DNA of 64,000 nucleotides from a virus (lineage: Duplodnaviria; Caudoviricetes): IMG/VR virus record IMGVR_UViG_3300029955_000001. One strand, 5' to 3'. The notes under the pieces were generated by a model. The model saw only the letters and a program-made list of their open reading frames with translations. It was not told the DNA's origin and made no database searches. Both the position numbers and the translations under genes were made by a program. Positions 55,831 to 64,000 of this stretch are shown piece by piece (the first letter of the stretch is position 1; every line of letters begins with the position of its first letter).

Positions 55831-58827
55831 ATGGCAAAAGATAATGATTCTTTCATGAAGATGGTGCGGGCTGCTGGTTCCGGCAAAAGAGTTCCTGTAA
55901 TATCACTAGTACGTCAGGACCCAAATTTGGCCGCAGTAATTTCCAAGCTCGTTTCCGGTGTTCAAAAACCTATTTACGATAACTATGGCAATCGTGAACC
56001 TATGTCACCGAATGTTGGTGCGTTAAAGAACATCGCGCAACATACAGCACAAAGTATAACCGACTCTAAAACAACAATGCAGATATTCCCAGATATGGAA
56101 TTATCTGCACAGATTTTAATCAGTTCTATTTTATCGCCAAAAGACATGATGGCAACAGATTTGTCTTTCTGGGTAACAGAAGGTCTTATTTCGCCAGATG
56201 TTACCGCATCGATGGTTACACGTACTACTTCATATTTTGAACAAGACTATAAAATAAAGCCGCTATTGCAGAAAATGCTTAGGGCAATGCTGTTTGAAGA
56301 AGGGTCTTACCCTGTTGCTGTCATACCAGAAAATACTCTCGACCACATCATTAACGGTCAGAATAATATCACTTTGGAAAGTCTTAGTGAGACTATTACA
56401 AGAGATGGTTCTATCGTCCCAATTGGTCTATTAGGCCCGTCAATTAAGACCGCGCCAACACCAGTGCGTAATGGTACAGTGATGTCGTTAGAATCATTTA
56501 ACGATTATCAACCAGATCGTAATGTAGACGGACGTATTACGTTTGAAGGTATTTTAAGTAAATCCGTATCCGATCATTTTGTTTCTGTTACTGATAATTA
56601 TAATTTGTTGAAGATACCACAAATTAATCAGAAGATTCGAGAACAACGTATTGTTAACGCCATTGGCAGTAAAGCAATGGAATCAATAGGCGGAAGAAAT
56701 CAGTTTGGGCAAAACTTTAATCCGCCTAAAGTAAAGAAATTAAATGATCGTGATGTAACTGGTTTAGTTTATAAAGAACGTAATTTTCAATACAAACCAA
56801 TTTCAGCATTAAAAACTCAAGAGCAACTGAATCGACGTACTGTTGGCAATCCATTGATTTTGCATTTACCTGCTGAGTCAATTATTCCAGTATATGTTCC
56901 TGGTTGCGTTGAGCAACAAGTTGGTTTCTTTGTGTTAATTGATGGCGATGGTAATCCATTATCTACTGTTGACAATGCTGACTACTATCAACAGTTATCT
57001 GCGCAATTAAATTCGAATGGTAGTTTTACATCGGCTATGTTGACACGTGTGAAAAGCATGATGTCTGGTTTTGATGTTACGAATCGCGAGCATCTTGATT
57101 ATAGTGCGCGTGCTTATGGTGAATTGGTCGAGCAAGACTTGCTGGCACGACTGCGTAATGGTGTATATGGTAACGGCGTAGCATTGGCGAAGAAAGAAGA
57201 AATCTATCGCATTATGCTAGCACGTACGTTGCAGAAACAACACACTCAATTATTGTTTATTCCAATTGAGTTAATGACTTATTTTGCGTTTAGATATAAC
57301 TCAGCAGGTATTGGTGTCTCGCTGTTAGAGGGTATGAAGGTACTGAACAGTCTTCGCGCTATGTTGTTGTTTGCAAACGTAATGGCTTCATTAAAGAATT
57401 CCATTGGCCGGACAGAAGTGAAATTAAAACTGGATGAATCTGATCCATCACCTCAGAAGACAATTGAAATTGCGATGCATGAAATTATTCGCTCACGTCA
57501 ACATTTCTTTCCACTAGGGATTAATAGCCCAACTGATTTAGTCGATTGGTTGCAGAAATCCGGTTTTGAATTCACTTTCGAAGGTCATCCTGGTATACCA
57601 GATGTGAGTATTGATTTTGGTGAAAAGAGTACTAACTTTGTTAAACCAGATACAGAGTTGGAAGAGAACTTACGAAAACGCTCTATTATGTCAGTTGGCC
57701 TTAGTCCAGCTACTGTAGATGCTACGTTCGAAGCAGAGTTCGCCAGTAGTGTTGTTACAAATAACATTTTGTTAGCGAAACGTGTATTACAAATTCAAGA
57801 AGAGTTTACACCACAACTGAGTGCTCATATGCGTAAATGCATGCTGAATTCAGAAGAACTCATTAATGATTTACGTGATATATTAATGGCTAACTATAAA
57901 AAGTTAAATGTAGAAGTATTAGATAACATGGAGCATCACCATCATTCTTTTAATGCTAAGAAAGCGAATGACGATGACGTAAGTGACGAGACAAAGCAGT
58001 ATGTTGTTAATAAGTTTTTACATGAATACATCATGAATTTTAATGTGAGTTTGCCAAAACCAAACTCAGTCACATTAGAGAACCAATTAACAGCACTCGA
58101 AACTTACACTAAGGTTCTTGATATTACACTTGAGGCATGGATAAGTGAGAAGTTCTTTACTGCGGACGTAGGCGGTGAAGTAGCTAATCAAGTAATCACT
58201 GTTAAGGAAATATTAAAAGCTTATTTCATTCGCCAGTGGATGAATGAAAATGGTGTGATGCCTGAACTGAGTAAGTTAACTAATACAGGGGATGATAGTA
58301 AACCTGAATTGGATGTATTCAAAATTCAAGCAGCACATATGGAAGGGTTAACGAAATCATTAACTAAACTAATGGTGCAAGTTGAAACAAGTAAAGCTGC
58401 TAGTAACGCAATCATGGATAAGTTAACTGTTAGCGGTAGTAGTAGTAACGCTGCTGGTGGTGGCGGGTCATCCGATGATTTTGGTGGTGGTAGTAGCGAT
58501 TTAGGAAGTGGTGATTTATCTAGTGGCAATATAGATCAGATGGGCAGCGAGCCACCTGATCTAGGCGGAATGCCTGAAGGCGAAGAAACAGGTGATGAAA
58601 CTGGCGCAGGTGGTGAATCAGAAACTGAAACTCCTACTGAAATGCCAAATGAGCCTAGCCCAGAAACTGGTAATGAAACTAAAGAACCAGAGCAACAAGA
58701 AAGTCAAGAAGAAGAAACACCTGAAGATAAGAAGCAACGCGAAGAGGAAGAGGCATTAGCTAAAAAGAAAGCTGATGAAGAAACGCAAGCTAAGAAAGAA
58801 ACTGAAAACAAACCTCCTAGTGTTTAA
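55831..58827 (+). CDS. Portal protein (phiKZ gp129-like)
   Basis: 998 aa; QIFPDMELSAQILISSILSPKDM, LHLPAESIIPVYVPG, FFVLIDGDG; acidic/Gly-rich disordered tail. Confidence 0.8.
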   Translation: MAKDNDSFMKMVRAAGSGKRVPVISLVRQDPNLAAVISKLVSGVQKPIYDNYGNREPMSPNVGALKNIAQHTAQSITDSKTTMQIFPDMELSAQILISSILSPKDMMATDLSFWVTEGLISPDVTASMVTRTTSYFEQDYKIKPLLQKMLRAMLFEEGSYPVAVIPENTLDHIINGQNNITLESLSETITRDGSIVPIGLLGPSIKTAPTPVRNGTVMSLESFNDYQPDRNVDGRITFEGILSKSVSDHFVSVTDNYNLLKIPQINQKIREQRIVNAIGSKAMESIGGRNQFGQNFNPPKVKKLNDRDVTGLVYKERNFQYKPISALKTQEQLNRRTVGNPLILHLPAESIIPVYVPGCVEQQVGFFVLIDGDGNPLSTVDNADYYQQLSAQLNSNGSFTSAMLTRVKSMMSGFDVTNREHLDYSARAYGELVEQDLLARLRNGVYGNGVALAKKEEIYRIMLARTLQKQHTQLLFIPIELMTYFAFRYNSAGIGVSLLEGMKVLNSLRAMLLFANVMASLKNSIGRTEVKLKLDESDPSPQKTIEIAMHEIIRSRQHFFPLGINSPTDLVDWLQKSGFEFTFEGHPGIPDVSIDFGEKSTNFVKPDTELEENLRKRSIMSVGLSPATVDATFEAEFASSVVTNNILLAKRVLQIQEEFTPQLSAHMRKCMLNSEELINDLRDILMANYKKLNVEVLDNMEHHHHSFNAKKANDDDVSDETKQYVVNKFLHEYIMNFNVSLPKPNSVTLENQLTALETYTKVLDITLEAWISEKFFTADVGGEVANQVITVKEILKAYFIRQWMNENGVMPELSKLTNTGDDSKPELDVFKIQAAHMEGLTKSLTKLMVQVETSKAASNAIMDKLTVSGSSSNAAGGGGSSDDFGGGSSDLGSGDLSSGNIDQMGSEPPDLGGMPEGEETGDETGAGGESETETPTEMPNEPSPETGNETKEPEQQESQEEETPEDKKQREEEEALAKKKADEETQAKKETENKPPSV

Positions 58828-58833
58828 TGTTTT

Positions 58834-58894
58834 AAACAAAAAAAATAGTAGGCATACGGCCAGATAGGTTTTTATCCTATCTGGCCGTATGCCG
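58834..58894. terminator. Bidirectional terminator with GGCATA/TATGCCG arms
   Basis: A-tract, then GGCATACGGCCAGATAGG-loop-CCTATCTGGCCGTATGCC. Confidence 0.85.
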
Positions 58895-58904
58895 TATAAC
58901 TTAC

Positions 58905-59072
58905 TTAATGTGGCTTTGTAGTTCCTAGTTTCTCTACTACAACACCGCCAACTCGCATAGTGTTACTTTCTTGCTTTACTTCTGTACCTGTTTCAACGGG
59001 AGCGTTGGTTTGGGTATTTGTGTTTTGTTGAGTATTCATTTTAGTATCAGTTTTTACGTGCTTGTTCGTCAA
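58905..59072 (-). CDS. Small ORF missed by the track (44-55 aa)
   Basis: GGAGG RBS 5 nt before TTG at 59072 (ATG at 59039); MNTQQNTNTQTNAPVETGTEVKQESNTMRVGGVVVEKLGTTKPH*. Confidence 0.5.
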   Translation of the reverse strand: MTNKHVKTDTKMNTQQNTNTQTNAPVETGTEVKQESNTMRVGGVVVEKLGTTKPH

Positions 59073-59098
59073 AATTTCCTCCTACGTCTACTGTGTTT

Positions 59099-59902
59099 TT
59101 AGCACACAGGTTTATTTAATACAAGATCTTTAACATCAATAAAAATACTGCCAACGAGGTCGTCACGCCCGATGATAATACGTTGTGTTTTAGGATCACA
59201 CACAACACCAAAAGCAACACCACTAAAAACAATGTTAACACCTTGCATTATTCTAGTGTTGACACCTTTATCTACTTCTTTGTTACTGCTCGGCTTCGTA
59301 ATAATATCTTTTACTTCAATATTAGAAACAATATCGTAAAAGAAATAGTTGTTAACCACTTTCTTTTGAAGTCTATTATCTGCTACTAAAGATTCTAAAA
59401 TTTCTTTTACATCAGCAATGGAAATACCAGGAATAAAATTTTTCACTATTGGAACTTCCACCACACCTTTATATATATCCTCAAATGTAATACTGGTTAT
59501 TGTGTCAGAATAAAGAGTAAATATAGCGGTTATTATTATTGCAGCTGTAATTTCGGGTGACATTGTCAGTTTACCTTCTGTTTTTGTTTTAGATACACCG
59601 CGAACAGAATTTGTTTTTTTCTCTTTTGGTTCAGACAGGATGTAACAAAGAAGATCGTCTATAGTAAGTTTATCTACTTGTTCTTTAATAACAGCTTCGT
59701 TTAACACATACCGAAAACTGTTAATAGGAAGGGCTTTGTCCATATCGTCGGATTTCTTAACTTGTTTATTGTTAAGAATGATCTGTATAGCTTGATCTCG
59801 GATAACAGATACAGGCAAAGGTGTTCTTGTATTTCCTCTCAATACGCGGCCTACGGCATCGCGAATAATTGTTGTAATTGTTTCTTTAGGCATAATGTCC
59901 AT
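59099..59902 (-). CDS. Hypothetical protein, possible winged-helix DNA-binding
   Basis: 267 aa; ADVKEILESLVADNRLQKKVVNNYFFY resembles a wHTH wing. Confidence 0.6.
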   Translation of the reverse strand: MDIMPKETITTIIRDAVGRVLRGNTRTPLPVSVIRDQAIQIILNNKQVKKSDDMDKALPINSFRYVLNEAVIKEQVDKLTIDDLLCYILSEPKEKKTNSVRGVSKTKTEGKLTMSPEITAAIIITAIFTLYSDTITSITFEDIYKGVVEVPIVKNFIPGISIADVKEILESLVADNRLQKKVVNNYFFYDIVSNIEVKDIITKPSSNKEVDKGVNTRIMQGVNIVFSGVAFGVVCDPKTQRIIIGRDDLVGSIFIDVKDLVLNKPVC

Positions 59903-59929
59903 TGTTTAATTAGTAATGTTTCGTTATAT

Positions 59930-59964
59930 CGGCATAAATGAGTGGGTTTTTATACCCACTCATT
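59930..59964. terminator. Hairpin with CGGCATA flank
   Basis: CGGCATA-AATGAGTGGGT-loop-ACCCACTCATT between tandem minus-strand genes. Confidence 0.7.
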
Positions 59965-59971
59965 ATTTACG

Positions 59972-60388
59972 TTAAATTTTATCTATTTGCGCAGCAGGAC
60001 CAAAATGTTCTTTAGCTATTTGATAGATATCGTCTAAGGTTATTCTTACACCTCGTTTATCCCAGCCTATAGCAAGTGCTCCCCCGCTGACATATCTGAG
60101 TTTCTCATGTCCGATTTCAAACAGTATTGCTACTTGTCCTGTTTCCAATAAGTCAGGTATTTCAGCAACCCAATCACGGTTTTTATTATCTTCAGTTTCG
60201 TCCTCTGGTTCTACAATGAAGTTTGGGAGACCTCCAGTGTCTGTCCCATTGACAATAAAACCAAACATACCGCGTTCTTTATATTCAGAAAGATCTAGCC
60301 CAGGCACGCTGTTGACCCATGCCTTAAATGCTTCTGGATCTTTTACCTTAAAGTAATTACTACACGCATATGCTTCCCAGTTCGCCAT
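59972..60388 (-). CDS. Hypothetical phage protein
   Basis: Likely start MANWEAYACSNYFKVKD at 60388; GHEKLRYVSG motif. Confidence 0.7.
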   Translation of the reverse strand: MANWEAYACSNYFKVKDPEAFKAWVNSVPGLDLSEYKERGMFGFIVNGTDTGGLPNFIVEPEDETEDNKNRDWVAEIPDLLETGQVAILFEIGHEKLRYVSGGALAIGWDKRGVRITLDDIYQIAKEHFGPAAQIDKI

Positions 60389-60389
60389 A

Positions 60390-60764
60390 CTAATCCTCCA
60401 TTGTTTCCATTGCATCAATCTGATTCAAAGTTTCAGCAAGTGAAATAGGATCAGATATACCAAGGTTGTTTTCTTCTTCATCGTCTTCTAGGTTGTCACC
60501 AATAGAGTCAATATCTGGAGATGTTTCCACTTCATTAATTGTGATAGGTTGTTCGAATAAATCCGGGCGATTAATACGGACCATGTCAATGATAGTTTTT
60601 GGCTCACACGGGGCTATTGGCTCACCATGTGAACCTACGATAACAACATTGACAAAGCCTGACTTTACCAAAGATCTATTGATGATGTTACTAACCAAAG
60701 TTTTACCAGTGTTAGCTTCACCAGCCACGGTGATCTGAATTCCAGGCATAGATTCATCAGTCAT
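60390..60764 (-). CDS. Small protein with P-loop-like motif and acidic tail
   Basis: Likely start MTDESM at 60764 (AAGGA RBS); IQITVAGEANTGKT. Confidence 0.6.
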   Translation of the reverse strand: MTDESMPGIQITVAGEANTGKTLVSNIINRSLVKSGFVNVVIVGSHGEPIAPCEPKTIIDMVRINRPDLFEQPITINEVETSPDIDSIGDNLEDDEEENNLGISDPISLAETLNQIDAMETMED

Positions 60765-60781
60765 TTGTTTTCCTTTTAAAA

Positions 60782-61052
60782 TTAATTTTTTGTTATCCGG
60801 AGTTTCAACGCGAGATATTGTTCTTCTACCCATCTCCAATATCCTTAATCAGTACTACACGTTAGAAATTCTTCTATCCAAACTTCTTTCAAGTGTATCG
60901 GGTGTTCAGCCTTATCATGTTTTTGCATATTTTGTTTGCAATTCATGTGCTGATAATTTATCATCACCAAAATCTTCCTGTATTTCGATAATGACATCAC
61001 CTTGAGCAATATAACCTGGCGGTGTGTTTTTATTGCATAAGTTAATAACCAT
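60782..61052 (-). pseudogene. Disrupted small phage gene (EHP...W...GYW-x-WV type)
   Basis: MVINL...LSAHELQTKYAK, a shift in an A5 run, then HDKAEHPIHLKEVWIEEFLTCSTD*GYWRWVEEQ...: one frameshift plus one in-frame TAA. Confidence 0.5.
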
Positions 61053-61065
61053 ATCTACCTTTCGG

Positions 61066-61102
61066 GAATATTAGCTGCTAGATAATCTAGCAGCTAATAT
61101 AT
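61066..61102 (-). terminator. Hairpin after the 625 aa gene
   Basis: ATATTAGCTGCTAGA-taa-TCTAGCAGCTAATAT. Confidence 0.7.
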
Positions 61103-62980
61103 TTACATGATCAACTTCAACATATAAGCATCGTCTCCAATACTACCTTTCGTTGCTTCCAGAATGCGACCGTCTTTTGTTTTTAACAAGTGGCGACGAT
61201 ACGCAACACCATCTTTCGTTGTTTGTGCTTCTGTATCAGCAAACATACTTACCAGCAAGCTATGCAGAATAGGATTTCCATCTGGCCCTTCTTTCTTTAC
61301 AAGACTAGCAATGTCGTCTTGAAGTTTTATTTCTAACTCGTCATACAAACATTGAACAAAAGTCAAACTATATTTACCGCCAATATAAACAACATCAGCA
61401 ACACACCGACCTTCTTTGGTTTCGCCATCCATATGACTTAGCGTAACAGTGTAAGCTTCATCAAGATCTAACATTTTTAAAGTAGACGTTATTTGAGACT
61501 GTTGATCTTTCAGGAAAGCTTCTGCAATCCTATCGCCAAATTTAGTCTTAATAATAACAATAACGCCTTCTATATCTTCGATGAAATCGTCTATCGTCAA
61601 TCTAGGAATGCAGACTTTCTGTTTCAATAAACGATTGATAAGTTCCGTTATCTCTCGCTTACACAAGTTAAGTAGTTCAGGATGAACCTCATCTTTGAAA
61701 GCAATGATCTTATCCCGCACGCTGATAAATGTTTTTGAATTACTAATATTGCGGATAAATTCTCGATCACTTTGTGAGCAAATAACAGGTTTATAGATAA
61801 ACGCATAACAACGATAAATCGCCGGAATAACTATCTTGTCGCCAAACAAAGATGCATCGTATCGGCACAGACCAGCAGTTAACCATGCTGCTTCTTCTGA
61901 AATTTCAAGAAGTATCTTTTGATTAATTTTAGTTGTTACTACAGGCATTTCTTTTTCTTCTTCAGCAATTGCAATTACTTCATTATTTACTTCTTGGACA
62001 CCGACATGAATACGTTGCATTGCGCTTGCAGCAGCACTTATTCCTAAACCAGTTGGTACTATTCCAGAACTGTTATCAGTGGAATGACTTGCGTAATCCA
62101 TGTTGACATCCTTTTTATTATTAATGAAAGGTGTAATAACACCATTGACATTGGCGATTTGCAGTTCGTATAAATTTGGGTTATACGCTGGGAGATACCA
62201 ATGTTGCTTATTAGGAACCCACAGAACTTTCGAAGCAGTCTTACTTTGTTCTTGTGTTGCTACTGTGTTATTAATAGGTTCGTATACTCTAGCGATGTCG
62301 GTATTTTCAGCTGTTCTTGCCCCACCATAAACACGATTTTCAGTTGAGCCAAAAATCTGTGCCATCTGTATAGGAGGTCGCTGATTGCCACCGCCACCAT
62401 TTACAGACACATGACCTCCTTGTCGATTTGAACTGGGAAATACCGGCGCGCCATTGCCATAGTTATTAACTTGTTGGTTATTGTAACCGCCAATATTGAA
62501 ACCAGGCTTTGGTCGTATTTCTGCTAGCAATGCGTCAAGGTTATTAATAACGCGTTGTATAGCTTCGGCACTATTTGGGTTAACCATACCTTGCAACGGT
62601 TGGAATGTACGAATATTGTCCGCGCAGGCCATCTCGACCATCTTTGGAATAATATCAGCAATAGCTTGCTCCAAACTGGGATATCCGTTATTTCGCATAT
62701 GGAAGTCGATCACTTCCATTGTGAGTAAAACAAGTGTTTCATAATCTTTATTATAGAAACCATTCTGAGCATACTGATTAAACATGAACATTCGAAGCTT
62801 GTTCATACCAGCTGCGTTCTGAATTTCTATCGCAATAGCTGATGCAACCAATGGCAACATTTGCATTAGTTCTTGAGGATATTGTGGGCACTGTGGTACA
62901 TAAGGTGGGTTACCAAAAACCAATGGCATAGGCTGCACTGTCATTTGATCTGGATTAAAAGGCAACGGCGTGTTGTACAT
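61103..62980 (-). CDS. Conserved phiKZ-like protein downstream of the nvRNAP beta gene
   Basis: 625 aa; Pro/Gln-rich N-terminus, NRMRMFMFNQY-like helix, Gly/Asn linker. Confidence 0.7.
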   Translation of the reverse strand: MYNTPLPFNPDQMTVQPMPLVFGNPPYVPQCPQYPQELMQMLPLVASAIAIEIQNAAGMNKLRMFMFNQYAQNGFYNKDYETLVLLTMEVIDFHMRNNGYPSLEQAIADIIPKMVEMACADNIRTFQPLQGMVNPNSAEAIQRVINNLDALLAEIRPKPGFNIGGYNNQQVNNYGNGAPVFPSSNRQGGHVSVNGGGGNQRPPIQMAQIFGSTENRVYGGARTAENTDIARVYEPINNTVATQEQSKTASKVLWVPNKQHWYLPAYNPNLYELQIANVNGVITPFINNKKDVNMDYASHSTDNSSGIVPTGLGISAAASAMQRIHVGVQEVNNEVIAIAEEEKEMPVVTTKINQKILLEISEEAAWLTAGLCRYDASLFGDKIVIPAIYRCYAFIYKPVICSQSDREFIRNISNSKTFISVRDKIIAFKDEVHPELLNLCKREITELINRLLKQKVCIPRLTIDDFIEDIEGVIVIIKTKFGDRIAEAFLKDQQSQITSTLKMLDLDEAYTVTLSHMDGETKEGRCVADVVYIGGKYSLTFVQCLYDELEIKLQDDIASLVKKEGPDGNPILHSLLVSMFADTEAQTTKDGVAYRRHLLKTKDGRILEATKGSIGDDAYMLKLIM

Positions 62981-63112
62981 GAAGATCTTCCTTTGTAATT
63001 GATAGACTAGGCGTCCCTAGTTTATTTTTATTTTTCACACCCTTAACTACTTACCAGGGTAGTGATATATATTTATATTACTTTTGACTCTTATGTTAAT
63101 CAAGAGTTATTT

Positions 63113-64000
63113 CTATCGCCGCAACATTTCCTGAATACCGTCGAGCAGCTTAATATATTTTGGATTACGCTCCACTACGTTCTTAGAGTCATATTGAAGA
63201 TAAAAGTTTATACGACTGCGTCCCGATGGTTCACTTTTAGGCATATTTGAATATCCACCAATTTCAGCCACACTAACATGCATTCGTTTTGACGGATCGT
63301 TTAAGACAGCTCGATCTTTACGATTACTTGTGCGTGTAGAATCTCGCTGAGGTACGAGTATAGATGTTATCTTCAAAGCTTTATTATCGCCCGGATTAGA
63401 GATATTTGTTACTTCTCCATGATTCTTTGTCATTGAATAAATCAAACCTAAACGTAATGTTTGATTCATTGTGGCGATGACTTCTTTTGCTGAGATTTCT
63501 TTCTTAGCCGCTGCTTTCAATTTAAAATGCAATTTAAAGATAGCGCTCGTGATCTCATACAGCACGTGATATAGAACATTCAACTCTTTGTCGTACATTG
63601 AATTCACTTTATCAGTTGCGTTCAACAGCCAGTCGTTAAAGTGTTCTATGATGACAGCAAATAATTGATAGATATCCTCAACTGGAACACCAATCTCTTC
63701 CATCTTCTTTACCACAATTCCATCGATATATTCATCCAGTGAATCAATATGGTCTTTAATATCATCGTTCAACTTACCATGATGAATATTAGCAGACCAA
63801 AGAATGACTCCCATTGCAATATTCCACATCCTCTTTTCACCAGAACCACCAATGAATTGCGGCTGAATACTTGTAGGGAAATGATCAATGATGTAAAACA
63901 AACCACCTAACATATTTCTTACCATTGGAGTCATCTCTTCTTTACGAATAGCCACATTAACTGTGGATGGTTCGTAATAAGCTCTCCCAAATCCTTTTGG
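63113..64000 (-). CDS. Non-virion RNA polymerase beta N-terminal subunit (phiKZ gp123-like), C-terminal part
   Basis: The frame stays open to base 64000 (PKGFGRAYYEPSTVNVAIRKE), so the track's GTG start is internal. HIDSLDEYID, SMYDKELNVLYHVLY, PGDNKALKITS, DPSKRMHVS, PKSEPSGR. Confidence 0.7.
   Translation of the reverse strand, partial: PKGFGRAYYEPSTVNVAIRKEEMTPMVRNMLGGLFYIIDHFPTSIQPQFIGGSGEKRMWNIAMGVILWSANIHHGKLNDDIKDHIDSLDEYIDGIVVKKMEEIGVPVEDIYQLFAVIIEHFNDWLLNATDKVNSMYDKELNVLYHVLYEITSAIFKLHFKLKAAAKKEISAKEVIATMNQTLRLGLIYSMTKNHGEVTNISNPGDNKALKITSILVPQRDSTRTSNRKDRAVLNDPSKRMHVSVAEIGGYSNMPKSEPSGRSRINFYLQYDSKNVVERNPKYIKLLDGIQEMLRR

Noticed and set aside
58420-58827. Gly/Ser- and Glu-rich portal tail as a separate novel domain
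   Set aside because: Low-complexity disordered tails are ordinary for this portal family and nothing specific is supportable.
60850-60860. Stop-codon reassignment suggested by the in-frame TAA before GYWRWV
   Set aside because: TAA ends most genes here and long ORFs are intact under the standard code; a local lesion is simpler.

Overview
Fragment of a phiKZ-like jumbo phage genome (AT-rich, standard code; no tRNA, rRNA or CRISPR seen). Family-diagnostic genes: virion RNAP beta'-N and beta-C subunits, a non-virion RNAP beta-N subunit cut by the right edge, a gp181-like giant tape-measure/lysin, portal, central spike + PAAR, SbcC/Rad50-like ATPase, RecA/UvsX-like protein, RNase H, RuvC-like resolvase and S/A-x-E-cleaved head proteins. 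It also holds a long tail-fibre operon, a holin + SLT endolysin pair, a separate two-component spanin and several accessory gene islands. Most notable: (1) the virion RNAP beta' ORF stops inside its catalytic motif (GADF|DGD) and is followed by a NUMOD4-like ORF, suggesting an endonuclease-carrying group I intron; (2) two paralogous small proteins carry host RNAP alpha-CTD-like domains lacking the DNA-binding residues; (3) tail-fibre proteins are built from nested domain-in-domain insertions, including a stalk-and-knob insert in an Lcl/DUF1566 domain; (4) nine intergenic hairpins have unrelated stems but a conserved CGGCATA/TATGCCG flank; (5) two decayed small genes and a GC-rich multi-hairpin ncRNA candidate. 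All family assignments come from motif recognition by eye, not database searches.
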